Source: Sminthopsis crassicaudata | Taxonomy: Eukaryota | DNA: 64,000 bases | Assembly (NCBI RefSeq): GCF_048593235.1 | Contig: NC_133623.1 | Span: 1,178,001 to 1,242,000 of the forward strand | Reading direction: 5' to 3' | Shown: positions 44,592 to 55,400 of the stretch, piece by piece | How the letters are laid out: each line of letters begins with the position of its first letter | How positions within the stretch are numbered: the first letter of the stretch is position 1 | Notes under the pieces: model-generated | The model's database searches: none | Seen by the model: only the letters and a program-made list of their open reading frames with translations | Told to the model about the DNA's origin: nothing | Made by a program: the position numbers and the translations under genes

Positions 44592-47500
44592 TGCCCCTCA
44601 AAGTCCCTCTTTCAAGTTGTTCTCCCCATTGGAGTAGTTTTTCTCTGAGCCTCCCTCTCTCCCCTCTCCCCCCCCCCCCATGGCTCTGCCCTGGCTATTT
44701 TCTCTATCCATCTCCACCCCCCCCCCCAAGTTTTTGCTTTATCTGCCATTCCCTTAGGCTGTTTCCTTCCCCTGTTCTTATTGGCGATGTCTCCTGTAAC
44801 CAGTTCTTCTCTCGTTCTCATCTCACAGGCTCTGAGCAAGAGCAAGAAAGCCCAGGTGAGGAGGACTGGAAGGGGCAGGAATTGGGGACCCCTTAGACAA
44901 AGGTGACTTCAGAACATGTTCGTTATCCGTTCTTGCCCGGAGGAGAAACCTGGGTCTTCGCATTCAATATGTTAACATTGGTCCAGGCTCCAGCCTCTCT
45001 AGGCTTTCACTTTCCCTTATTGGTCAATAAAGTAGAAGAGGGGGAGGGGGTTTAGACAAGGTCCATCCCTAAACACCCTTCTGGTTTGGAGGTGCTGGAC
45101 TCCTCCCAGGCTCTCCCTCCTCCTGGATGGGAGGCTTTACACACACACACACACTCATGAAAGTCCCTGTAACATTCAAAGGAAACGGTCACTTTTTGAG
45201 GAGCTGATGGGAGAAGCTAAAGGCTGTCCTAGGCGTCAATGGCAGTGGCTCACAGAAGGGACTTTAGTGACTGCATCCCTTAGGTCTCAGAGAGGGATAT
45301 CTCCGTGGCCGGCTGGCTGTCTTCCCCTCATGCCATCTCTCTTTCCCTGTCCCTCCTCCCTCCTCTCGCCATTTCCTTTCTCCCCATTTCCTCTCTGCCC
45401 CCTGGTGTCGGCTGCCCGGTCTTTCCCGGGTTTCACATCTACGTGTGCGCACGCCTGTGCATCCCAGGAAGTTGAAGTTCTGCTCAACGAGAAACCAGAT
45501 GCTGCAGGGCAAACTCCACAGTCAGGAAGATGACTTTCGGCTGCAAAACAGCACGCTCCTGCAAGAGCTCAGTAAGGTCCGGACTCCCCGGCGCGAAGGG
45601 GGAGCCCAGAGGGGCTGCTGATGCTCCAGCCTGGCTTCCGCGCCAGGCAGAGAAGGGGGGTTCTGACGGGGCCCCTTTCCCCTTCAGCTCTGCGCACAGA
45701 TCGAGCAGTTGGAGCAGGAGAATCGGCAGCTGAAGGAAGGCTCTTTGGGTCCGGGGCCTCCCAGCACGGCCAGCGGCCCTGTGGATGGGGAGCTTCTGCG
45801 CCTGCAGGCGGAGAACACAGCCCTCCAGAGGAATGTCACAGGTAGTAGTCCAGCGTCCCAGTAGGTGGGAGTAGGAGGGGGCCTGGGGTCTCTTGAGGAG
45901 GTGACAAGACCTCAGCCTTCCCCTTGTGCCCAGCCCTGCAGGAACGCTATGAGAAAGAGCAGATGGGTTCTCCAGCCCCGCCAGAGGCTGCTGGAAAGGA
46001 GGATGTGGGCGGATGTGGAGACCACGCGGGAGGCCCAGTCGTGCCCCCTCCGTTGGCAGAGGCCGAGCTGAAGTGGGAAGTAGAGAAGGAAGAGAAGAGG
46101 CTACTCCAGGAGCGTTTGCAGGGGCTCGAGGTAGGCCACGGGGGCTTGGGGGCGGGCGCGGATTTCCTTAGCGCCAGTGCCTCAGGGAGGTCAGGTCACT
46201 GGCTATACCCCATACATTTGCCGGGGTCTGCCTACGTCTACAGAGCTCGAAACAGGCAGAGACGGCCAAGCTGCAGGAGGAGGTAGCCAAGGTGGGACTT
46301 TGCCCGGCACCTTGATGACAGGAGGCTGCAGCTGCTGTCCAACACCACCTCCTCCCCCCCTCCCTCAGGCCTCAGTTTCCCTGGCACTTCATCACCTCCT
46401 TCCTCGCCCACTGCCCCTTTCCCTTTTCTAGCGCCCAACCACTCAGGCTCTGTTGTACTGTCTCCGCCCGGCTCCTTTGGGCTTTAGTGAGTCTCGGTCC
46501 CCCCTCCCTGAATCCCCCCCTCCTCCCCACCCCGCTCTGTGGTAGCTCTCGTCGCTCCTTTGCCGATCGAGAGGCTATCGGGTGGCAGGTGTCTGTGGTA
46601 GCCCCTCCCCGGCCTAGTCCCGACCCAGGTTGCCACCCCTCTCATCTTCCTGTCACGCTCCTCCATTCCCTCGTTGTGTCCCGGGGCCAGAGGCCCGGCG
46701 CCCTGGGTTCCCATGGCCTTTCTATCTCACAGCTGTCGGAAAAGCTGAAGAAGAAACAGGAGAGGTACATGGGGACCTCTTGCAAGCCAGGGCTTCGGGG
46801 TGGGATTCAGGGGGAGGGTCCTGGATCTGCCCAGCCCATGTCCCTTCTTCCCTTGCTTAGCTTCTTCCGCCTGCAGACAGAGAAGGAGGCTTTGTACAAC
46901 GACAGCAGGTACAGGACATGGGGGGAGGGGGGGGTGAGACCTGGGGGAGCCCGGACCCCGGGTCGCCGGCACACCCGATCCTACCCCCTGGCAGGAACAA
47001 GATAGAAGAACTTCGCCAGCACCAAGAGGCGGATCTCAAAGCCCAGGTAGTCCGGACTCAGAAGCTGCAGCAGGAGCTTCAGGCGGCCAACCAGGTGGGG
47101 CATGGATGGGGTGGGGGCGGGGGGGGGGGGGCAGTGAAACAGAGCGCCGAGGACCCTGACTTTGCTCTGCCCTCCCCAAACAGAGCCTAGCTGAGCTGAG
47201 GGAACAATGCCAGGCCGAGCGTCAGGACCACGCCAGCGCCCTCCGCACCCTCCAGGACCAGGTACGGCTCGAGGCCGCTTTCTCCGTTGGCAAAAAGCAG
47301 GTCTTGGGCTGGGCGCGCGGTCCGTGTGCATTTGCGTGTCTCTTTTTCTCTTTGCCCTCTTTCTGCCCTTCGTGTCCCTTTGCGTCTTTCCCTGGGCTTT
47401 GCACTTGGGGCTCCCCAGGCAGTGTGCCAAAGCGCAGACTTACAGGAGCGGGTGCAGGCACTGTTGGCGGAGAGCGATGCTTTGCGGACCAACCTTGCTG

Positions 47501-50500
47501 CCCTAGAGCAGGTATTGGGACTGGGGAGTGTCCCGTGTGTCCGCTCGGCTCTGGCTCCCTCCCTCCCCCTCTCGCTCTTCCTCCCCGGTGCCATGGGATG
47601 CCCCTCTCAGGCCCCTCTGCCTCCTGGGGCCCCCAGATCCAGACAGCCAAGACCCAGGAGTTGTGTGCCTTGCGGGAGCAGACTGCGGGCTTGGCCACCG
47701 AGTTGCAGCAGCGCCAGGCTGAGTACGAAGCCCTGGCAGGCCACAGAGATGACCTCAGCTCCCAGCTGCAGGTGAGTCCCTGCCCACCTCCCTCTTTCCC
47801 ATCACCTCGGGCTTGGGCTTGGGACCCCCCGCTGTGGGGGTCCAGCTGGGTGACACTCCGCCCCCCTCAGGAATCGCTTCGGGCAAACGGCCGGCTTCTG
47901 GAACAGCTTCAAGTCCTGGGGCAGGAGAAGGAACATCTCAGTAGGGAGCTGGAGGAGGCCCGCAAGGTGCGTGGCGGCTCAGGCTGGGTGGGGGTTCTAG
48001 GGGCGCAGCCCTTGGAGCCGGGGGCCGCCTTCAAGTCTCTTGGGCGTCTGGGGACCCCAGGGAGACCCTGAGGGTCTCCAGTTCCCGTGAGACCCTCTGG
48101 TCTTAGTTGGAGGAACTCGGGGGCCATTGGCACGGCCTTTTCGAGCGGTTGGGCCGGAGGGAACGCTGACTCTCGGGGGAAGCTGGCTTTTGCCAATCGT
48201 TCCCTTCCTGCTCTGCTGACCTTTTCTTTACAAGAGGGTGCACAGGGAGCAGCTGGACCCCACAAGCCAGGGGGGCAGACTTACTGGGCTCCCTTTGTCC
48301 GAGGCAGAGTTCGGTCTGTGGGAAGGGCTGAGAGGAGAGGGCAGTTGGCTGTGTTTGGGGGTCCTAGCGGACCAGGGTGGGGGGGGTTGGGGTCTTGGGG
48401 CTTCTGGAGTCCAGCTAGCTCCGCCCTACAGAGTGCTGAAAAGAGGAAGGCTCTTCTGGACGAGGTGGCGGCCGAGGCACTGCAGGAAAAGTCTAGGCAC
48501 AAGGAGGAGCTGGGCTCGGCCCGACTACAGGCCGAGAAGGACGTGCTGGCGGTGAGGGCACGCTACGAGCGGGAGCTCCGGCAGCTCCATGATGGCCGGC
48601 GGCGACAGGAGGAAGAGCTCCGGGCCCAGATCCGGGAAGAGAAGGTGGGGGCCCTCGCCCCCCACAAAGGAGGGAAGCTTCCTTTCGAGCTTTCCTCGCA
48701 TGAGGGAAAGCCCGGGCCCAGCGCGAGTGTGCGGGGAGCCGTGCCGAGACAGAAGTAGCCGGGGACTCAGTTGTGACGGCCTCGGGGCGCCAGACTGAAG
48801 TTTCGTATCTGATCCTGGGAGGCCACTGGAGTTCAGTGAGGACAGGAACAGTCCCTCCTGGCACAACGGGCCAGGAGGCTAGTTGGGCCCCTGGCAGAAG
48901 TAGAGCCGTCTAGTGAGAGGGGCCTTCCCGTCTGGCAGTGGGGCCTCGGTGTTGCCTTTGGTCTGCACTGGGGGAAGGGGGGAGATGTCAGTGGGCCTCC
49001 TCTCCCTGCAGGCGCGGACCCGGGAGCTGGAGAGCCTGCAGCAGATGGTGGAGGAGCTGCGCGCCCAGCTGCAGTCAATGGAGGGAGCCAAGGGCTGGTT
49101 CGAGCGGCGACTGAAAGAGGCAGAGGTGCGGCCCCCGGTACGCCCCCGCTCGGCGTGCAGGTCCCAGCAGCCCAGCTGCCTCTTGTCAGCCCTGTGCTCT
49201 TCCCATGCAGGAGGCCCTCGAGGAGCAGCATCAGGAGCACGAGGAGAGCCTGCATGTGCAGGAGGAGCGCCACAAAGCCGAGCTGCAGGTGGGCCAAGCG
49301 CTCCCTTGGGAGGTGGGGAGCAGCCAGGGGCAGCCCGACCTGTCGGGCTCATGGCTCTTATCGTCTCTAGCGGAAAGAAGAGGAGGTCCGGGCCGCAGAG
49401 GGCCGCCTGCAGGAGGCCGAGGCACTGTGTGGTGGCCACCTCGACACCATCGCTCGACTGCAGCAGGAGGTGAAGGATGTGGCAGACGGGCAGCGCATCC
49501 TCGAGAAGAAAGGGAGTGCCACGGTGAGCGCGTGGCCTGGGACATCCTGCCCCAGAGCCCCCTGGTCGGCCTCAGCCCCTGCCCTCTGAGCGCCCCCTCT
49601 TGTCCTCCTTGTGTCCCCTCCTACAGCTGAAGGACCTGAAGCGGCAGCTGCAATTGGAACGGAAGCGGGCCGACAAGCTGCAGGAGAGGCTCCAGGAGTT
49701 TCTGACCAATAGCAAGAGCCGCTCCGGTGAGTGGAAGCCCCTGAGTGTGGAAATGGGAATGGGGAGCAGACTGGGGCAGCCCCGAGACAGACTGGGGAGG
49801 AGTGTCTGTCTGAGGCCTGAGGCCGCCCCCACTGTGTCCCCCAGGCTTTGAGGAGCTCGTCCTGTCGGAGATGAGTTCCCCCAGCCGGGCCCAAACGGGC
49901 GACAGCAGCAGCGTCTCCTCCTTCAGCTACAGGGAGATCCTCCGGGAGAAGGAGGGCTCGGCTGGCCCTGCTCGGGTACAGCGAGTTAGCCACCACGTCT
50001 CCACCCCTCGGCCCTGGGGAGAAGGGCGGGCAGCGGGAGGGCGGGCAGCCTGGTGGCTCCTTCTCTGCCCGCTCACGCAGGCTGGAGCTTAGTCTCGGCT
50101 CCGCAGAGAAGACCACGGGCGTCCAAAGCTTGCTCGGCAGAGGGAGCGGGTCTGGGTGACATCTCGGATGAATGTGGCTGAGCCCGGGATCCGTGGGGGG
50201 AGATGGGGGAGGGGAAGAAGGGGGGATGGGGGGGGGGACTTGGGAGCCCAAGGTCTTATGGCCCTCTCTAGTCATCCTCAGGGAGCCCCCCAGGCCCGGC
50301 TCGGCCAGCGGAGCTGTCGGATGAGGAGGTAGCCGAGCTCTTTGAGAGGCTGGCGGAGACGCAGCAAGAGAAGTGGATGCTGGAGGAGAAGGTGCCCGGG
50401 CCGGGGCTTTGAAGGGAGGGCCAGGGGGGGAGCCTGGGTCAGCCCTGTGACCACATTTTATGATTGGACCCTAACAGGTCAAGCACCTGGAGGTGAGCAG

Positions 50501-51022
50501 CGCCTCTATGGCGGAGGACCTGTGCCGCAAGAGTGCCATCATCGAGACTTATGTCATGGACAGCCGCATCGGTCAGCTTCCAGTCCCAACCTAACCCTTC
50601 CTGCCCCTTTGTGGGTCTGGGTCCAAGCCGGGGGGGGGGGGAGGGAAGTGCCAAGGCCCAAGTCTCAGGCCCTGCCCTCTCCCCTGGCAGATGTGTCGGG
50701 CCCCTCGGGCCACACGGACAGGAGCGGCCTGGGCAGCGTCCTGCGGGACCTGGTGAAACCAGGGGACGAGAACCTCCGGGAGATGAACAAGAAGCTCCAG
50801 AACATGTTGGAAGAGCAGCTCACCAAAAACATGCACCTCCACAAGGTGCCAGGGGACCAGGCGGGGGCGGGGGGGGGGAGGGGCTGGAGCCCTGGGGAGG
50901 GCTGACTCTCCACTCTCTGCCCTCAGGACATGGAAGTTCTCTCCCAGGAAATCGTCAGGCTCAGCAAGGAGTGTGTGGGGGGCACAGAGCCATCGCCAGC
51001 CGGATCCGGAGAGGCCACTTGA
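43471..51022 (+). CDS. GRIPAP1: GRIP1-associated protein 1 (GRASP-1), 25 coding exons, about 846 aa after correcting one extra A
   Basis: Exons 43471-43512 ([14 protein letters not shown]), 44139-44205, 44391-44452, 44829-44855, 45468-45576 (extra A at 45492-45494), 45688-45841, 45934-46130, 46244-46291, 46733-46764, 46861-46908, 46995-47094, 47184-47261, 47419-47511, 47637-47771, 47871-47966, 48432-48644, 49012-49125, 49211-49288, 49371-49523, 49627-49726, 49845-49975, 50272-50391, 50478-50571, 50691-50845, 50927-51022 ([16 protein letters not shown]...*). All GT-AG. Confidence 0.96.
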
Positions 51023-51619
51023 GCTGGCCAGCCCCCCAGCCTGCCCGCTGCCCACCCGGCCCCCAGCCTGCATCCGTCCCCGTGCATGACTGTGTGTGAC
51101 CCAGTTCTATTTATGGCTCCCGGCCCACAGCGGCTGTTGCACTTGGGGGGGGGGGGTTCACGCTCCAGAGCGCCTGGGAACAAGGTCGGCAGTCCACTGT
51201 GCTGCACCAACGAGTTGTCGAGGCCCTGACTTGTGTGCTCCGTTTCCCCTGAAACAATAATGTCCTACCTTCCTCTCCTGCCTGAAAACCTGGTCGCCTC
51301 TTATTTGCTGAGTGTCGGGGGCTGGGGGGGGGGGTGGTCCGGGCCTTCTCCCCCCTTCTCTCCAAGTCCTCCTCTGGCTGCCCATCAGTCTCCCTCAATC
51401 CTGCCAATGAATGGAAGCCCATTTAGCCACAAGCCCTTACCCAGGATTCTCAGGGGCTGGGTGGGGACACCTGCCCGGCCCCCAGATAGGAGCGCCCGAC
51501 TGCCCCCTCCCCCCCAGCTGTCTGAAGGACGCCACAGCGCCAAATGCACTCCTTCCAGCACATTAAAGCCTCCTCCGCCTATCGATCCGACCTACCAGCT
51601 AAGTGCTGCTGAGCTCGGA

Positions 51620-52449
51620 CCCTAGGGACACAGGGAGGGAGGGAGGAGGCCGGGAAGAAGAGGAGGGGTAGCGGGGCCCCCGCGCTAGACTGGGAGGGGC
51701 CGCTACCGGCCCCCATGAGAGCTAGGGATCCCCCCCCCCCAAGAACCAAGGCTGGGGGTCGGCAGCCGCTGCCAAGCGCCCTCCCCGGCAGAGGAGGGCC
51801 CCGCCCCTTCCTCTGCTGTCCCGCAGCCGAGGAGGAGCTGGAGCCGCTGCTGCAGTGGGGAGCCCTGGCACCCCGGCCCCGCCCCCGCCGAGAAGCAGGG
51901 GGCGGGGCCGGGAGAAGGCCGAGGACCAGGGGAGTCTCCCTTCCCGGGTTTGCTGGGAGACCCCAGTGCTGGCCGCCGCCCCGCCCCTCGAGGCCCCGCC
52001 CCTCGGCCTCAGTCTCCTCCCCTGCGCAGAGCCCAGCCCCAGCCCCAGCGCCTCACTCCCGGCTCCAGTCCATCCTCCCGCCGCCGCCGCCGCCGCCGCC
52101 GTAGCCCCCCGGCGGTCCCTGCCCCCGGGGAAAACCCCTCCTTCCCCTTTGGCGCGGGCCGGCCAGCCCCCCGCCGGTGCTCCCTCCCCCTAGCTGCCGC
52201 CCTTTCTCCTGCCCCACCGGGCTCTCCGGCCGCCCCCTCTCGGCGCCCTCCTCGGCCTTGCCCTTGGCCCTCAGCGTCTCCCCCCGCCCCGCCCCCCCTT
52301 CCCGGGCCCGGCCACGGCCCGCCTCCGGCCGCCCCGCTCCCGGTCGGCTCCTGGGCCCGTGCCACCTGGGCCGCATCCCGGCTGCTTGTCTCCCGCAGCT
52401 GCAGCCCGGCGGCTCCCAGGCAGATGCCCGCCTGAGGCGGCCCGGGACT
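51620..52449 (+). promoter_or_regulatory. CpG island / KCND1 promoter and 5' UTR
   Basis: GC-box- and CpG-rich, with a (CCG)n run at about 52079-52100, upstream of the ATG at 52450. Confidence 0.65.
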
Positions 52450-55400
52450 ATGGCAGCTGGGGTAGCGACCTGGCTGCCTTTCGCCAGAGCTGCCGCTGTG
52501 GGCTGGCTGCCCCTGGCTCAGCAGCCCCTGCCCGCAGCCCCCCAGGGCTGCGAGGCCCGCAGCGACGAAGTGCTGGTGGTGAATGTCAGCGGGCGCCGCT
52601 TCCAGACATGGAAGAACACGCTGGCCCGCTACCCGGACACGCTGCTGGGCAGCTCCGAGAAGGAGTTCTTCTTCAACCCGGACTCGGGGGAGTACTTCTT
52701 CGACCGGGACCCCGACCTCTTCAGGCATGTCCTCAACTTCTACCGGACGGGCCGGCTGCACTGTCCCAGGCAGGAGTGCATCCAGGTGAGCTCCGGCCTC
52801 CTGCTGCTGCTGCTGCTGCTGCCTCCAGGGAGGGAGTTGAGCTAAAGGGGGGGGGAAGGGGAGGGGGGTCTCTCCTTTTGTGTCTGGGGACTCAGACAGG
52901 ACTCTGACCAAGAATTCGGGCTCCCCGAGAGCGAGCAGCTTCACAGGGAAAGGCTCAAAAGATTTTCTTGGGCTTTGGGGAGGGGGGGAGAAGGAATCGG
53001 GGTGGAGCCCCAGACCCCCATCCTAGAGAAATAAGCCTCTCCCAGGGCAGACCGGGGTTTCGGGGCTCTCTCCACTGGGCAGTTAAGGGAGTCCCAGGCT
53101 GGCTGGCTGCCAGGGCCCACCCCATCCCCCAAGGAGAGAAAATGGCTGGGGGGCCAAGGAGGAGTCTTCCTCCCCGCTGGGACGGGGGAGGGGGGCACGG
53201 TGAGGGGGGGTGTCGTCCCCTTCCCTCCTCCCCCCTTCTCTTAGTCCCTTCCCATTCCTCAGGCTTTTGATGAGGAGCTAGCCTTCTATGGCATCGTGCC
53301 GGAGCTCATCGGTGATTGTTGTCTGGAAGAGTACCGGGACCGCAAGAAAGAGAACGCCGAGCGCCTGGCTGAGGATGAGGAAGCCGAGCTGGGGGGTCCC
53401 GGAGGGGCTGGGGCCGAGTGGGCCCTGCCGCCCGGCAGCCCCTTTCGCCAGCGCCTGTGGCGAGCCTTCGAGAACCCCCACACGAGCACCATGGCGCTGG
53501 TGTTCTACTACGTCACAGGCTTCTTCATCGCGGTCTCCGTCATAGCCAACGTGGTAGAGACCATTCCTTGTCGGGGCGGAAGCGGTGGAGCCGGTGGCCG
53601 GGCTGGTTGGCGGGAGGAACCCTGTGGGGACCGCTTCCCCCTGGCCTTCTTCTGCATGGACACAGCCTGCGTGCTCATCTTCACGGGGGAGTACCTCCTG
53701 CGGCTGTTCGCGGCCCCCAGTCGGGGCCGCTTCCTCCGCAGCGTCATGAGTCTCATCGATGCCGTGGCCATCCTGCCGTATTACATCGGGCTCTTCATGC
53801 CCAAGAACGACGACGTGTCCGGGGCTTTCGTGACCTTGCGTGTCTTCCGAGTGTTCCGAATCTTCAAGTTCTCTAGACACTCGCAGGGCCTTCGGATTCT
53901 GGGCTACACACTCAAGAGCTGCGCCTCTGAACTGGGCTTTCTCCTCTTCTCCCTCACCATGGCCATCATCATCTTCGCCACCGTCATGTTCTATGCCGAG
54001 AAGGGTACCAGCAAGACCAACTTTACCAGCATCCCGGCTGCCTTCTGGTACACTATCGTTACTATGACCACTCTCGGGTAAGTGACTCAACCCAAAGGAT
54101 GATGCCACTGACATCAACAGGTGTGATTAGCGTTCCCATGTCACAGACCGAGGCTCGGAGAGGCCAAGGGGCTCGGCCAATCAGAACCCCCGTCTCCCGA
54201 CTCTGAGGCTGACCGTTATATCCGATATCCCATTGTGTCTCTTTGTGTCAGAAGGATGGAGGCCAGGGAAGAAAAAGCGAGGCTGGAATCGCCCAGTATG
54301 TCGAGGTTCTGGATTTGGGGTAGGGGTTCTGGAGTCTGAGGGCCATTTCTTCATGGGAGTGATGGTGGGTAAGACGTTTGATTTGTCGAGTCCCCAGACC
54401 TGAAAGGGATTTTGAGATGTTCTTAGGGCCCAGTCCCCTTTTTGTTACAGGATAAGAAAGGAAGGATTCATCCTGGGGCATGGAGAACAGTGGGGGAGGG
54501 GGAGGGCGGGCAAGGGGAGGAAGAGGGGTGGCAGTCAGCTGTCATTGCAACAAAAATCCAAGTCAGAGAGTCAGAAGGGGGCTTAGGAGCTGCTTAGCCC
54601 AGCTCCCTCGTTTCTCAGGGAGAAAGGGGCTCTGAGGGCTCTGCTCTGGATCACACCGGGAGTTAAGGGGATCCCCATGTCATCCTGCTTCTCAATCTCT
54701 CCAAAATGGCCAAATGATGGACTTCCAGTATCCTAAGAAGAGATGGAGGCTCTCTTGATTTCTTCTTTTTTTTTTTTTTTTTTTTTCTTCCCTTCAGATT
54801 AATTTTATTCTCTTTTGACTAAGAAGTGGGGTTGGGTTTCTTCCCCCTCCTCCTTCCTCCCCCCTGAACAATTAAGAAAAGGCAAGGAAAGCTTCCGTAA
54901 CAGACACAGGTAGTCACACGAGGCAGATCCCCCACGTTGGCCATGTCCAGAAATGTGTGTCTCGCTCTGTGTCCCGAGCCTTCTCAAGTTTTGTGCCCTC
55001 GGGAGCTGGGTGCGCTCACTCGCTGCCCCGCTTGGGTCTTCAAGGTCTTTCCAGCAGCTCGTCTTGATGCTGGACGGCTGCTCTCCCGGTTCCCTGCGTC
55101 AGTTCCTCCCTACCTTCGTGGTTTTCTCTTTCTTCAGGGAGCCTCACAGTAGTAGGGCCAAAGTGGGGGTTCCAGGAGTAGAGAGGGCATCGGGAGACTG
55201 AGGCACAGAGAAGGCAAGAGCACCTAGCCCAGGTTGCTCGGAGGGATGCCCACTGCTGACACTGGGGTTTTCTGCCCTGAGTGGTTATGGAGGAGACAGC
55301 AAGGGGCCTGAGGACACCTAAGCAATAGGGTGGATCCAGAAGTCTGGGGGCCACTGGCTGTTCCCCCACAGTAGCTTGGCAGCCCTAGCCACACTCACCA

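Noticed and set aside
49371-49523. Possible fusion of two human GRIPAP1 exons (25 exons here versus a recalled 26 in human)
   Set aside because: I cannot recall the human exon boundaries well enough; needs an annotation comparison.
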